Below are positions 48,591 to 61,200 of a stretch of DNA of 64,000 nt, piece after piece. Each line of letters opens with the position of its first letter. The first letter of the stretch is position 1. This DNA comes from Macrostomum hystrix (taxonomy: Eukaryota; Animalia; Platyhelminthes): positions 12,152,001 through 12,216,000 of the forward strand of contig CATNEN010000038.1 of assembly GCA_950097015.1 (NCBI GenBank). The letters are read 5' to 3'. The notes below the pieces were generated by a model. That model saw nothing but the letters and a program-made list of their open reading frames with translations. It had not been told where the DNA came from and searched no databases. The position numbers were made by a program, and so were the translations under genes.

Positions 48591-50660
48591 CTAGTCCGAC
48601 TTCAATCCTCCCTTCGTGACTAGCGGACACAGCCTCGCAATCGGCCTTACGAACAACTTGCCAGCCAGCTGCACTTTTGCCACTCGCACTCGTCCGTCCT
48701 TGCCTGGATAGACATCCACAACCTTCGCCAATGGCCAATGACCTCGCGGACTTTCAGGCGTAACGTGCAGTACCACATCACCTGGCTGTAAATCTGGTTG
48801 CTCACGACGCCATTTGGTCCTGGCTCCCAGCGATGGTAGCCACTCGCGGATCCACCGGTGCCAGAAGGCCGTCATTAATCGTTGGACATGGCGCCACCTC
48901 TTAGTCGGATTGAAAGCGTCAGCCTGCTCCACTTCTGGTGCCAACTGACCTCCGATTTGCCCATAGATGAAATGACCTGGCGTCAGGGCTACGTCATCAC
49001 TTGGGTGCGCCGACTGATAGGTCAACGGTCTCGAATTGAGCAGCGACTCCGCTGCATTGAAAGCCGTGACCAACTCCTCGTCGCTGACTTCCGCATTTTT
49101 CAGAATCGCCTGAATCGCCTTCTTTGCCGACTTGATCATGCTTTCGTGGACTCCTCCAAAGTGCGGCGCTGCTGGTGGGTTAAAATGCCACCGCACCTGC
49201 TCATGAGCTGTGCTCCGCTGAAGCTCGCTCTGGTCGATGGAGCTGACTAACTCTCGGAGCTCACGCTCTGCGCCGACAAAATTGGTCCCGTTATCCGAAT
49301 AGATCTCCAGGATGCGGCCTCGACGACTGATCATCCGCGAGAGTGCATTCAAGAACGAACTGGTGTCTAGGCTGTAGGCCATCTCTAAGTGCACTGCTCG
49401 AGTTGCCATGCATGTAAAAAGTGCAAGATAGTGCTTCTGTCTAACCTTTCCACGCCCTTGCTTGGTCAAGAATGGTCCGCCAAAATCCACGGACACGCGG
49501 ATAAATGCCTTGAGCGGTTCTTTGAAGCGGCTCTCTGGCAGCGGTGCCATCACTTGAGTCGCCGGCTTGGCCTTTCTACGTTTGCACTCGAAACACGAGA
49601 TTTCCGATTCTCTGATGGCTTCGCGGGCTCCGATGATCCAGAACCGACTCGAAAGACTCGCCAGCGTTTGATTTGTGCCTGAATGATGAGCCCGCTCATG
49701 ATAGAACTTGACAATCAGCCTTGTCACCGGATGTTGCCGCGGTAAGATGATCGGCACTCGAGCACTAAACGGCAGAATCTCAGCAAACTGCAACCGGCTA
49801 TCCGCCCTGATCAAGCCATCTTCGTCTAGTTTAGGCTTAAGCGCGCTCAACGGACTATGGGCCGACAGTTGCTTGCCTTTCTTTAGCCCTTGAATTTCAC
49901 CACTGAAGCCCTCCGTCTGAGCTTCCTTGATAATTCGATTCTCAGCCTCTTCGAACTCGGTTGGAAGTAGTTCACCGTGCACTCTGTCCTCTGGAGGCAG
50001 CCGACAGTTGTTAGCGAATCGAGCGACCCAGGCGTGGACCCGGACGAGTCTCAACCAGCTGGAGAATCTTGTCGGGTCTAGACGACCTACCGCGGCCGCG
50101 GGTTCCTCCAGGATGCCGACGAACGTACTTCGAACACTCGCCCGCTTTTCTTCCACATCTTTTGGCTTTTCCAGCACCTTCTCCGGCCAGTCACGCTCTT
50201 CCAGTTGCAAAAAACTTGGTCCATGCCACCAGCTTTCCGTCTCCATCAGCTGCTTCACTGAAATTCCTCGGGACAGCGCATCAGCCGGATTGACTTCGGT
50301 CGGTACATATCTCCACTGGTCTGGGTCCGTGATGGACTGGATCTCTCCGATGCGGTTAGCGACAAACGGCTTGAAGAAACGTCCTTTTCCTCTCACCCAG
50401 TACAAAACGTTCAGGCTGTCCGACCAGAATAGAAATTCTCGGATGTCTTTCTTCAGTACTGCTGCAATCTTGACGGCCAATTGAGCTCCCAGCACAGCGG
50501 CCATGAGCTCGAGGCGGGGAATGCTGACAGTGGCCACCGGTGCTACTCGAGACTTGGCTGCTACCAGGCTGACTGACTTTACAGTCCCGTTGTCAACGCA
50601 TCTTAAGAAACTGACAGCACCGTACGCCTTTTCTGATGCATCCACGAAGACATGTACGAA
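48591..50660 (-). CDS. BEL/Pao RNase H and integrase (second frame, after frameshift at ~50660)
   Basis: [42 protein letters not shown] zinc finger, VDFGGP, SDNGTNF, APHFGGVHE. Confidence 0.93.
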   Translation of the reverse strand, partial: FVHVFVDASEKAYGAVSFLRCVDNGTVKSVSLVAAKSRVAPVATVSIPRLELMAAVLGAQLAVKIAAVLKKDIREFLFWSDSLNVLYWVRGKGRFFKPFVANRIGEIQSITDPDQWRYVPTEVNPADALSRGISVKQLMETESWWHGPSFLQLEERDWPEKVLEKPKDVEEKRASVRSTFVGILEEPAAAVGRLDPTRFSSWLRLVRVHAWVARFANNCRLPPEDRVHGELLPTEFEEAENRIIKEAQTEGFSGEIQGLKKGKQLSAHSPLSALKPKLDEDGLIRADSRLQFAEILPFSARVPIILPRQHPVTRLIVKFYHERAHHSGTNQTLASLSSRFWIIGAREAIRESEISCFECKRRKAKPATQVMAPLPESRFKEPLKAFIRVSVDFGGPFLTKQGRGKVRQKHYLALFTCMATRAVHLEMAYSLDTSSFLNALSRMISRRGRILEIYSDNGTNFVGAERELRELVSSIDQSELQRSTAHEQVRWHFNPPAAPHFGGVHESMIKSAKKAIQAILKNAEVSDEELVTAFNAAESLLNSRPLTYQSAHPSDDVALTPGHFIYGQIGGQLAPEVEQADAFNPTKRWRHVQRLMTAFWHRWIREWLPSLGARTKWRREQPDLQPGDVVLHVTPESPRGHWPLAKVVDVYPGKDGRVRVAKVQLAGKLFVRPIARLCPLVTKGGLKSD

Positions 50661-53600
50661 GGCAGCGGTTGACCCGGATCTGTTCCAATTCTCGTAGCTC
50701 TTCGCACCATCTCGTTATTTTTGCCTGTAACTCTGGCTCCGGCTTTTCATCCCACTCTTGCCCACTACACCAAAGATCTTCAAGGAGCAGGATTTTTGCC
50801 TCCACTGTGACTGGTGCAATAAATCCTAGCGGGTCGAATACGGATGCTAGAGTCTTCAGCAACTCTCGTTTTGTTGTCGCTACTTTCCGGGTATGCTCGG
50901 ACTTAAAGGTGAACTCGTCTTGGTCACTTCTCCATGCGACACCGAGTGTCTTGACGGATGGCATCGGCGTCCCTTCCAGAGTTACTTCGGCTACCCTATC
51001 TGCTGGGGGTACTCTGCTCAACAGTTCTCGCGAATTGGACATCCACTTCCGCGGATGCATGCCTGCACGCTCCCAGAGTGTCTTTAACTCCTGAAACAGC
51101 TGGATCGCCTCAGCTTCCGACGCAACCGAGTCCAAACAATCGTCCATGTAGGTAGAGTTTAGAACGGTGTCTGCCGCTGATGGCAGCTCTTCTTTCAGCC
51201 GTTCTGCGTGCTCACGGACTACGAACTGGGCCAAAAATGGCGAACTAGAGTTTCCGAATACCAAGCGGTTGAACTCAAACATTTGGATCGGCTTGTTTGT
51301 GTCCATTTCACGCCATAGAAAACTATGCGCTGGCCGGTCTTCAGGTGCCATTTCTATCTGGAGGTACATCTCGGAGATGTCACAAGCCACCGCGACCGCA
51401 TGTCTCCTGAAGCGAAGTAACACGTCGAACAACTCTCGCTGAAGCTTCGGCCCTGGGAGAATCAGCGAGTGGAGCGAGCTTTTGTCTCCCCCCGCCGCAG
51501 CGTCGAAGACGATTCGAACCTTTGTCGTCAACTTGTCGGGCCTGACAATCGGGAAGTGCGGCAGGAAGCATCTTCTAGCAGAGAACTCATCTTCTTTGAT
51601 TCGCCGAATATAGCCTTGCTTTTCATATCGCTCTATGCATGTCTGATACTGCTTGGCCACCTCCAGATCTTTCTTTAACCGGCTCTCCGTGTTGCTCAGC
51701 CGCTTAATCGCCATGTCATAGTTGTTCAAGCGGATTTGTGCTTTTGGCCTCCATGGAATTCCCACCTGGTAACGGCCGTTAATGTGCTTTAACGTAGACT
51801 TTGCTTGATCAACTGCCGCTTGCTCATCTGCTGTCCAATTTTGATCCTTTTCTGGCCGGACTTCTTCGACCTCCCAGAATTTGCGCAGCACTGGTGACAG
51901 CAGCTCGTCATTGGCGATGCACAGAAATGTGCTGGCTAAGTTCGTCTGATGCTGCTGCTGCGCCGCTGGACCCACACCAGTCCATCCGAGTGGTGTCAAA
52001 CGCGCCTGCGGCTCACCGGGTCCACCACGGACCTCGCGATAGGATACGTGTAGCTCTGCGTGATCCACTCCTATTAGAAGGTCGATGAGATGCGGCGCGT
52101 GGAGCTGAGGAAACGGAATTCGTTCTAGGTGTTCCCAATCAGTCGCCATCGTCTGCCAATCCGTGGCTTTCAGTTTCCCTGTGACGCTATCCGTGGTGAA
52201 CGCCGTTATCTGTCGCTTCAGTCTCCCATCTACACTTTCTAGCGTCATCGTTACAGGAGCCGTCAAGAATGTTTCAGTCTGACCGTTCAAAACGTTCACT
52301 TTCACTCTCTCTATCTTGCCTTCCAAACCCAGCGCTTCGGCAATCTCCGCGTTGACATAGGTCCTTGTGCTAGCATCGTCTAACAGCGCGTTCACTTTCA
52401 CTGAACGGTTGCCCGATTTGAGAATCACCGGAACTATTCGTAGCGACATCGCTCCTTCCTGTCTGGTCATCATTGTCACAGCTCCTCGCGGCACCGGGTC
52501 AGCGTTCTTTCGAGTGGCTTCTGCCGCCACCTTCGTCTTTGACTCCGCTTTCATCGTCGTGTTGCTGTGCAGCAAGCGGTGGTGCAAATTCCCACAATCA
52601 TTGATTCCACATCGGCGCCCATGTCGGCACATCCGCGCAGCATGACCGCGATCTAGACAGCGAAAACAGGCTCTGGCATCTTGGGCAGCTTTCCAGCGGT
52701 TTTCGATTGACAGCTGTCTAAAGGTGGCACACTTCCACAATTCGTGGTGATCCTGACACATCGTGCAGGTTTTCGACAGCGGTGTTTGTTGCTGATTTAT
52801 GAGGAACGTTTTCGATCGCGTCTCCTTCTTGAACCTTTCCTCACTCGCCACTCCGTGCACGATTTCCATGGCTTCTGTCTGAAATGCGGCTTCTAACAAC
52901 ACCCACTCGCGCAACATCTTTACGCTCTCCGGTCGATGTCCTTCAAAAAGCCAACGCCGGTAGCGCGCTACCATCTGCTCCGGGAGCTTCTTTTGCAGCT
53001 TCGCATACAGCAAACCATCCGTCAGTTCCGAGACTTTGCCGGACTCTTCGAGATTTACTACCGCTACATCTAGCAAATTTGAAAATTGCTTAAGTTCCTT
53101 TGTATTTGACGTGCGGATAGGTGGAAAGCTATCAAGTTCTTCAAGGTACAGCGCAATTCTTCGGCGACTACCTCCGAATTCGCGTTCCAGCCGGTCCTTG
53201 GCGGCTTCGTAGGCAGCGGCGGAATGGCCCAGATGTTCGACAAGTTTCAGTGCTGGTCCTTGAAGATATTGTCGGAGTTGCAATAACTTAAACTCGGGCG
53301 TAGCAGGGGCTCGGTCAATGCAGGCAGTAAACGCAGCTTTCCACGATTCGTATTGTTGCTTGTCGCCAGCAAACTTCGGAATCTCTACTCGCCGAAGCAT
53401 CTTCCAGAGATCTTTGGCTAGCGCTGCTTCACTGCTGCTAATCTGAGACCTACATTCTTCACTCACCGAGCCTTCGATGCTGCTGCTTGCGATCATTACC
53501 GGAAAAGCAGTTGCGGCAGTCGCCGCAGTCGCGGCAGTCGCCGCAGTCGCCGCAGTCGCGGCAGTCGCCGCAGTCGCGGCAGTCGCCGCAGTCGCGGCAG

Positions 53601-54144
53601 TCGCCGCAGTCGCGGCAGTCGCGGCAGTCGCCGCAGTCGCGGCAGTCGCCGCAGTCGCGGCAGTCGCCGCAGTCGCGGCAGTCGCCGCAGTCGCGGCAGT
53701 CGCCGCAGTCGCGGCAGTCGCCGCAGTCGCGGCAGTCGCCGCAGTCGCGGCAGTTGCCGCCTGCTGCGCAGAGACGAACTGGGTGACGCATTTCATTGCG
53801 TCGTGAAATTGTTGATCCACTTGATCTAACTCGTCAAGCAGGTTGTTTCGAACTTCTTCTGTCGCTTCTTGTTGAAGCAGCTCGTCGTAGAATGCCTCAA
53901 GCGTTTTCACGCAGTCGTCATGTGCAATTGTCGCTGCCTCGCAGGCCTGCTGGATGGAGTTGTGATCTGCTTCGCTCTGTAGCAACAGTACGAGTTTGTT
54001 GCGCGTCCTCGTTGCTGTTGATTTTGTCCTTGCTTTTACTCGTCGAAATTGCTCAATGCGAAATCGCTCAGCTGTGCTAATCTCTTTCTCTTCTTCGTCT
54101 TCTGAGCAGCCAGTCTGCTGCTTATTCGCTTCGTGGTCTGCCAT
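50593..54144 (-). CDS. BEL/Pao Gag-protease-RT polyprotein (first frame)
   Basis: Three Gag Cys/His knuckles ([42 protein letters not shown]), protease [46 protein letters not shown]. Confidence 0.93.
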   Translation of the reverse strand: MADHEANKQQTGCSEDEEEKEISTAERFRIEQFRRVKARTKSTATRTRNKLVLLLQSEADHNSIQQACEAATIAHDDCVKTLEAFYDELLQQEATEEVRNNLLDELDQVDQQFHDAMKCVTQFVSAQQAATAATAATAATAATAATAATAATAATAATAATAATAATAATAATAATAATAATAATAATAATAATAATAATAATAATAATAATAFPVMIASSSIEGSVSEECRSQISSSEAALAKDLWKMLRRVEIPKFAGDKQQYESWKAAFTACIDRAPATPEFKLLQLRQYLQGPALKLVEHLGHSAAAYEAAKDRLEREFGGSRRRIALYLEELDSFPPIRTSNTKELKQFSNLLDVAVVNLEESGKVSELTDGLLYAKLQKKLPEQMVARYRRWLFEGHRPESVKMLREWVLLEAAFQTEAMEIVHGVASEERFKKETRSKTFLINQQQTPLSKTCTMCQDHHELWKCATFRQLSIENRWKAAQDARACFRCLDRGHAARMCRHGRRCGINDCGNLHHRLLHSNTTMKAESKTKVAAEATRKNADPVPRGAVTMMTRQEGAMSLRIVPVILKSGNRSVKVNALLDDASTRTYVNAEIAEALGLEGKIERVKVNVLNGQTETFLTAPVTMTLESVDGRLKRQITAFTTDSVTGKLKATDWQTMATDWEHLERIPFPQLHAPHLIDLLIGVDHAELHVSYREVRGGPGEPQARLTPLGWTGVGPAAQQQHQTNLASTFLCIANDELLSPVLRKFWEVEEVRPEKDQNWTADEQAAVDQAKSTLKHINGRYQVGIPWRPKAQIRLNNYDMAIKRLSNTESRLKKDLEVAKQYQTCIERYEKQGYIRRIKEDEFSARRCFLPHFPIVRPDKLTTKVRIVFDAAAGGDKSSLHSLILPGPKLQRELFDVLLRFRRHAVAVACDISEMYLQIEMAPEDRPAHSFLWREMDTNKPIQMFEFNRLVFGNSSSPFLAQFVVREHAERLKEELPSAADTVLNSTYMDDCLDSVASEAEAIQLFQELKTLWERAGMHPRKWMSNSRELLSRVPPADRVAEVTLEGTPMPSVKTLGVAWRSDQDEFTFKSEHTRKVATTKRELLKTLASVFDPLGFIAPVTVEAKILLLEDLWCSGQEWDEKPEPELQAKITRWCEELRELEQIRVNRCLRTCLRGCIRKGVRCCQFLKMR

Positions 54145-55584
54145 TGAAACCACGCTCCGCTACCAAAATGTTTCGGTGAACAAGTAACGAAGAAGGACAA
54201 TGATTTGACAGCGGCGTTTTATCGCATAACAAGGTATGAGTACTACCGGTACGACCTCTGCGCTCTAGCTCCGCAGTAATATTTATTTTTATTTTGCATT
54301 GAGGTGGTGACTGGGGGTGAGAAAAGTACTAGCAACACGAAGTATTGTACGGTGCCGATAGATGCACACTGACTGGGACTTGGGTTAGAAAAATTACTGT
54401 GACGCTTGAAGCACGCTGATTGGCTGTCAGCTTAGAGCACTTCTAGACTGAAAATACAATATATGAATGCAACCAAAATAATTAGAATTAATAAACTACT
54501 CAGGCCTCTCAACCAACTCTGTACTAGCATGTAGGAATCTTTGCTGTGCGTTTAGCTTATAATAACTGATGTCTAACCAATTCTAACAACATTTTCACTG
54601 AAAGATTTCGAAATACCACTTTAAGGTAATTTTCCTTCCGTATTATAGTGTAAAAGGCACTTGAATCCCAATTTTTAGGATGACAGTAGCTGAAGAGCCA
54701 AACTTACTTACAGAAATACACCAGTTGAAACTTTAAAGATAACTTGCACTCTTTCTATTTACATTGCTGACAGAAAAGTTGCAACAGGTGTTACAGTTCT
54801 TTATAATATTAATTTCCTTATTGATTACTCTTAATTACACTTACTGAATTCATGGTAGTGTCATTAATCATAAAATGGAGGGGGTGAGTGGCAGAGCTAG
54901 CACTTGACGCGTTTGCCTCTTGCACCGAGCTCAGCTTTTGACATTCTGCGGCTCAGGGCAGGGCGCTTTAGCACTGACAGCACGTTGAGCTGCACCCTCG
55001 TGCGCCTCGGTCAGCGACAGGTTTCCGAATTGTAAATCAGCACGGTATATTAATCTTCCAGTCAATTAGTCGTTACCTAAATCAGAGCTTAGCGACCTAC
55101 TAGCCCTTTCGCCCATTCTTTCGGCCTAAAACATAATCCTATCCGGGTAGACGTCGGCAGTCAAGAGTCCCATTTTTCCGAGAACCAATGTTTGCCCTTT
55201 AGCACCGTACGAGTATGTTCCTGGATCATTATAGCAAAGTACCAATGTTCCAGTTTTATAATTCGAGTAAATATTTACTTGTACGCACACCTAGTCAAAT
55301 TATCAGTGAGCGAAAAGTTACACTATTAAATATAAAAAACATGAAATTCAAGTTTCCGTTTCTGAGGCAAAGTTGCAGCTCGTTCACACCTTGCCTGTAA
55401 AACTAGCAAGGGGGAAATTTACACATCTGACAATTTTTGTGCTGCACCCGAACAGAGCAACGCAAGCACATGAAACTCAAGAACACGAGCCAGCTTTCTC
55501 CTTCCCTTGGTGTAAAAGTGGGCGGCAAAATGGCTTGGTAGTCCTACGCGGCTGAAGGTTATGTTACTCCGGAGCTGCATGAAG

Positions 55585-56066
55585 CGGCGCCGACGCTCTG
55601 GACAAGGACACACTCGAATCAGCGCCAGCAGATGTTGCCGCTGAATGGCGTCGATTCGCTGTCGAGGTAGTCGCTTGTCTCCAGAAAGATAATGACGCGC
55701 AGGTGGAGCAGCTTAGCTAGGCGAAGGTCGAGCTGGCCAATGTGTTGAGCCAAGCAGCGCAGCTGGCAGCTGATGCGAGGCACCCAGCGTATCAGCAACT
55801 CTTGTCCTTCGTGCAGACTGAAGCTTTCGCAGAAGGTCAGCGTCACTTGGTAGGGATGCGAGTTCCAAGCGATCTGGACTGTCGCAGGTATCTGTCGCAG
55901 GTATGCAACGAACTCTTGTTATCCACCGTTGAACGCTGAAAATGACCATAATTTTTTTACAGCACAGAATGCTTCAAAAGCCCCAATTCGATCTTCACAT
56001 TCCAGTTGGACCATCAGGAAGAAAATACACTCGCATCGATCTGGATTCTAACGACTTGTTGTCTAG
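55585..56066 (+). pseudogene. Unidentified spliced coding remnant with an in-frame TAG at 55718-55720
   Basis: Frame GADALDKDTLESAPADVAAEWRRFAVEVVACLQKDNDAQVEQLS*AKVELANVLSQ..RRYLSQ|GTATGC joins TTTTACAG|HRMLQKPQFDLHIPVG in phase 0; no family recognised. Confidence 0.4.
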
Positions 56067-56353
56067 GTCCCAAATTAATTAAGTCATGCAATATCATCTT
56101 TATTGATAAAAATGTTAAAGAAGTCAACCAAACCAGCTGTGTGCGAACCTGCAGGTTGACAATCCGGTCAGTGCCTCTGTAGAAGCTTCACTCGGTCGTC
56201 AAAAAAGTGCTGGCGAAACCAGACAATCGTTTAGCCCAACACACCAAAGAGCTGCAACCGCTTCACAATAAATTCAATCGTTGCTGCATCGGCGCTGAAG
56301 TTTAAATAGATAGTAGGTTGAATAATTTTGATTTTAGAAAGACTAAACTTGTA

Positions 56354-56550
56354 GGGGTTCTAGTCCAGTGGTTCGGGCGTCGGACTCATGACTTCAAGGT
56401 CGAAGGTTCGTTACCCGACTGCACTGGAACAATTTGTGTCTTTTGGCAAGAAAATTAACCCTGTATGGCTTCATTTAAATCAGCTGTCGAATGGGTACCA
56501 GCATGCTAGTGTAATTCAGAGTGAGCGTGGCGTCCCCTAGTCCATGGACT
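56354..56550 (+). mobile_element. tRNA-derived SINE family B, fuller copy
   Basis: TAGTCCAGTGG A-box-like, GGTTCGTTACC B-box-like, central CAGCTGTCGAATGGGTACC motif, 3' AGTCCATGGACT palindrome. Confidence 0.7.
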
Positions 56551-58212
56551 ATAAACAACCGTATGTACAGCTTTAAGATTTTTGAACGAGTAGTTTGTAG
56601 TGTGGAACGAGCATGTCTAGAATAAGATGCATGGCATCATGATGCATGTACTACTATACATGCGCGAAAAAACAAATGTAAATTAATAGTGATTGCGCGG
56701 TGATGCTTTGATCAATTATCTCACCCTGTGGTGGCTAAGTTTGAAATTCGCAGCATAATGCAACATACAATTCAAAGTTTTTTATTGAAGTAGGTAAAAT
56801 TAAGATTATAGATGGACATATGACGAGACTTTGAAATATATTTCTTTTGCTAGATCGGCTAATAAGGTGTACTTTTATAACTTAACACAATATATATTAT
56901 CTTGGGTTGTTAAAAAGTATTTTGGACAATAATAGTTGTATGATTCAGTTCCAGATTTTTTTCTAAATATTGAAAAGAAGTAGTTAATACCCTCTAAATA
57001 TCGACTCCAGAAAACACCGTGGAATAACGTGTTAAACAACTTGAACTACAGAACGAATTGACTTGTTTCAGTAACTAGCAAAAAGTTTAAGTGATGCGTT
57101 TTAAAATAAAGAGGCATGGTAATTAGTTTTTTAATATGAAAAGAGAAGTTACTCCTTTTGTTTCCACGGTTCATCAATGCCAAATTGTAAAAGTTAACGA
57201 TTTGAATGCTCCTTTTTCGGAATGTTTATATTCTGACTGTTAATATTTTTATTTAAACTCAAAAGACATGTGTGAGTTAAATTTCTTTATGCTACTTTTT
57301 CGCTGGAGTCATATTTTTTATCTATACCGTTTGTAGCTAAACTTTGTGCAAATAATTAGTTGCTTAGTAAAATACATTATAAATATTAAGTCACAAATGT
57401 CGTAAACTCGACAGGAAAATGTAAAATATAATTAAAATAATTTTGAAGATGAATTATCCTTCAATTACTTGTTAGTCCAGAAATTGAGCTAATAGTGTAA
57501 AACATATATTTGAAACATATTTTAGTGCTTATATTTGAAATATTTCGGGGATTTTTCCTTCTAGTAAAACACGTTTAGTTCATGTACACGTTTAACACAA
57601 ACACGTTCATGGTTACAGTTAGAACAGCCATTTGTGTAAAAACATATACGCTCAAAGCAATATTTATTCATTATTATTTATGCAGTATGTACATAAAGAT
57701 TCCTATAATTATTAGACTAGCTTTTGTGGAACTTTGTTTTGTAAAATTTTTTATTAAATGAGTAGGCCTATAAAGGTATCTTACCTCAAATTTGCTGGTC
57801 ATATTAATCACCAAGGGAAGTAAAATACCTTTATATTTACTAGTAAACTCATTCGTAAACTTATTCAATACATTTAAATAAGTTTCCGATAGCATTTGTA
57901 GCCAAATAATTTTTTAACATTTTTTTCTTGAATTGCAGTCACTGGCAACTCTATAGGACATCTTATTGAATGTACAGATAACTTTTATTACCAGACATTG
58001 GTGGCTTCTGATGTCATTTGTTAAATGCATTTGATTAATAGAATAGTACACTGGGCTTAAAGGCACATTAATTAGTTGATACCTTAGTGACTCCATGTTT
58101 TGCTATGTTTTTAAGACCTATTTGTCTGTGGTTGACAAGTGTATAGCTATGCCGTGTAATGTATCCTTTATAATCTCAGTTTAGGAATGCTGTAACGTAT
58201 TTCAGCTATCAA

Positions 58213-61200
58213 ATGGACTCTCCGGATGACCAAGATGGGAACCATGGTACGCCCAATGACAGCATTGAAAATCCTGATGGTGATCCGCCACTACTTAGCC
58301 TAGTCAGTGGACGTGCCACAGATATTGATAGCCAGCAAGAAAACTTACTAACAGAACGAAACGTGGATGATGCGGAAGACGTCCGGCCTTCTTCAAGAGA
58401 CCCTTCAGTTGAATTTAACGAAAGTCATAGATCGTCAAAAGCACCATCAATCGTGGATGAAAACCAGGTGAGAACGCCCTCAAAACCGCCATCAGTTGTT
58501 GATAAAGGTCAAAGGACGCCCTCAAAACCGCCATCAGTTGTTGATGAAGGTCAAAGGACGCCCTCAAAACCGCCATCAGTTGTTGATGAAGGTCAAAGGA
58601 CGCCCTCGAAGCCGCCATCCGGGGTTGATGAAGGCCCAAGGACGCCCTCAAAACCGCCATCAGTGGTTGATGAAGGACTAAGGACACCCTCAAAACCGCC
58701 ATCAGTGGTTGATGAAGAACTAAGGACACACTCAAAGCCATCATCAGTTGTTGATGAAGGACTAAGGACGCCCTCTAAACCGCCATCCGTGGTTGATGAA
58801 GGCCTAAGGACGCCCTCAAAACCGACATCCGGGGTTGATGAAGGCCCAAGGACGCCCTCAAAACCGCCATCAGTGGTTGATGAAGGACTAAGGACACCCT
58901 CAAAACCGCCATCAGTGGTTGATGAAGAACTAAGGACACACTCAAAGCCATCATCAGTTGTTGATGAAGGACTAAGGACGCCCTCTAAACCGCCATCCGT
59001 GGTTGATGAAGGCCTAAGGACGCCCTCAAAACCGACATCAGTGGTTGATGAAGGACTAACCACGCCCTCAAAACCGCCATCTGTGGTTGATGAAGGCCTA
59101 AGGACACCCTCAAAGCCATCATCAGTTGTTGATGAAGGTCAAAGGACGCCCTCAAAACCGCCATCTGTGGTTGATGAAGGACTAAGGACACGCTCAAAAA
59201 CGCCATCAGTGGTTGATGAAGGACTAAGGACGCCCTCAAAACCGCCATCCGTGGTTGATGAAGGCCTAAGGACACCCTCGAAGCCATCATCAGTTGTTGA
59301 TGAAGGACTAAGGACGCCCTCAAAGCCGCCATCCGTGGTTGATGAAGGACTAAGGACGCCCTCAAAACCGCCATCCGTGGTTGACGAAGTACTAAGGACG
59401 CCCTCAAAACCGCCATCTGTGGTTGATGAAGGCCTAAGGACACCCTCAAAGCCATCATCAGTTGTTGATGAAGGTCAAAGGACGCCCTCAAAACCGCCAT
59501 CAGTGGTTGATGAAGGACTAAGGACGCCCTCAAAACCGCCATCTGTGGTTGATGAAGGCCTAAGGACACCCTCAAAGCCATCATCAGTTGTTGATGAAGG
59601 TCAAAGGACGCCCTCAAAACCGCCATCTGTGGTTGATGAAGGACTAAGGACACCCTCAAAACCGCCATCAGTGGTTGATGAAGGTCAACGGACGCCCTCG
59701 AAGCCGCCATCCGTTGTCGATGAAGGACAGAAAACTCCGTCGAAGCCACCATCCGTTGTCGATGAAGGACAGAAAACGCCATCAGTCGTTGATGAAGGTC
59801 AACGGACGCCCTCGAAGCCACCATCCGTTGTCGATGAAGGACAGAAAACTCCGTCGAAGCCACCATCAGTTGTCGATGAACGACGGAAAACTCCGTCGAA
59901 GCCACCATCAGTTGTCGATGAAGGAGAGAAAACACTGTCGAAGCCGCCTTCTGTTGACGCTGAAGCTCCAGTTTTGCCGGAGTCTGCCGACTTGTGCGAT
60001 GTTCCACCAAATGTGTCATCTGGAGTGGATCAAGTCGATGCTAAGGAGGAATTAAACTCCCAACGATCTTGTAAATCATCTTCGTCCACTAGTAGCAGCA
60101 GTAGTAGCAGTAAAAAAAGTAGTGGCCGAAAGAGCAGGGCAAGCTCTCACAAGGAACCACCTATTGCTGAGGTAAGCTCACGAGAATCTATTAATGAATG
60201 GATAAACAAATCCGATTTAAACTATGAATGGTGGAGCATAATGTGTACTCGTGTAAGGGTGGAATATATTTATTCGTAGACATTACGTTGTAGGTCCCTG
60301 TGCAAGAACCACCACCTCCAGCTCCTCCCGCATCGTTGCCACCTCCGACTCCGCCACCGCCGCCTCCACCCCCTGCGGCTGAGCCACCATTTATTGCCCC
60401 AGCCGACTTAAAGCGCAGAATCGGTGAGTCTATCTAGCCACGAATGTTTTACCGACTGCTGGCCTCCACAGCGGCTGTGTACAATTTTTCCACAATGCAT
60501 TTCAGCGGATCTGGAGACGCAAGTTTTGAATCTGAGAGACGCCGACCAGAATCTGCGAGCAAATCCCAACTACGGCGGACCGCCTCCGCCTCCACCTCCG
60601 GCCTGGGAGCCGCCGAGTGACGCTCGGCTGCAGGCAACGGTTGATGAGCTCACTGTGGAGAACCGCGTGCTCAGGAACGAGGTCTGACGGCTTGGGGGTG
60701 GCGCATAATGCTGACTTATTGATTATTGGGGCATCTTATGTGCTGTAGTTATTCACAAACCTGATTCGCACGTCGATCAGGTGTTTTAGCTCTTTTTGCT
60801 TTCTCAATTAGAGATCGGGAGTTCGAAGCTCTGCTTAAGAGGGAAAATTGTCCGTGAGCAGTACACTTTTTTTCGAAATTCCTGTTTCCTAGCTTTTGTG
60901 AGTGGCAAAGTGGTTATAGCGTTTGCTTCTCGCACTAATGTCCCTAAGCTTGATTCCACGGCGAGGCCGCGTTCATTTGGGGCGCAGCCGCGGAGAGAAG
61001 GCTTGGGGGCTTGTCCTCAAATCTACTCATTTCAGGGCCAACTTCTAAGGCCCTCAACATCGTAAGATTGTATACTCCCTGGCGATTAGATAATCAGGGC
61101 AGATGAACACATCTTTGTGAGTGTGTGCCTGCGTACAGTATCTGTGTGCGTGTGTGCTCAAGAGTCAGCGAAATGGGCAGAGCTGCCTCCTCACTGGCTG

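Larger units (their letters stand above)
47761..54515 (-). mobile_element. Full-length BEL/Pao LTR retrotransposon; LTRs 54169-54515 (5') and 47761-48107 (3'), 347 bp, TG..CA, 5-bp TSD ACTCT
   Basis: LTRs appear identical by eye; PBS TGGTAGCGGAGCGTGG (initiator-Met-like) next to the 5' LTR; PPT AAGAAGGGAGG at ~48110-48120; TSD at 47756-47760 and 54516-54520. Confidence 0.96.

Noticed and set aside
48882-54187. Plus-strand ORFs over the BEL element (and similar antisense ORFs over other GC-rich exons)
   Set aside because: Antisense shadows of GC-rich coding sequence
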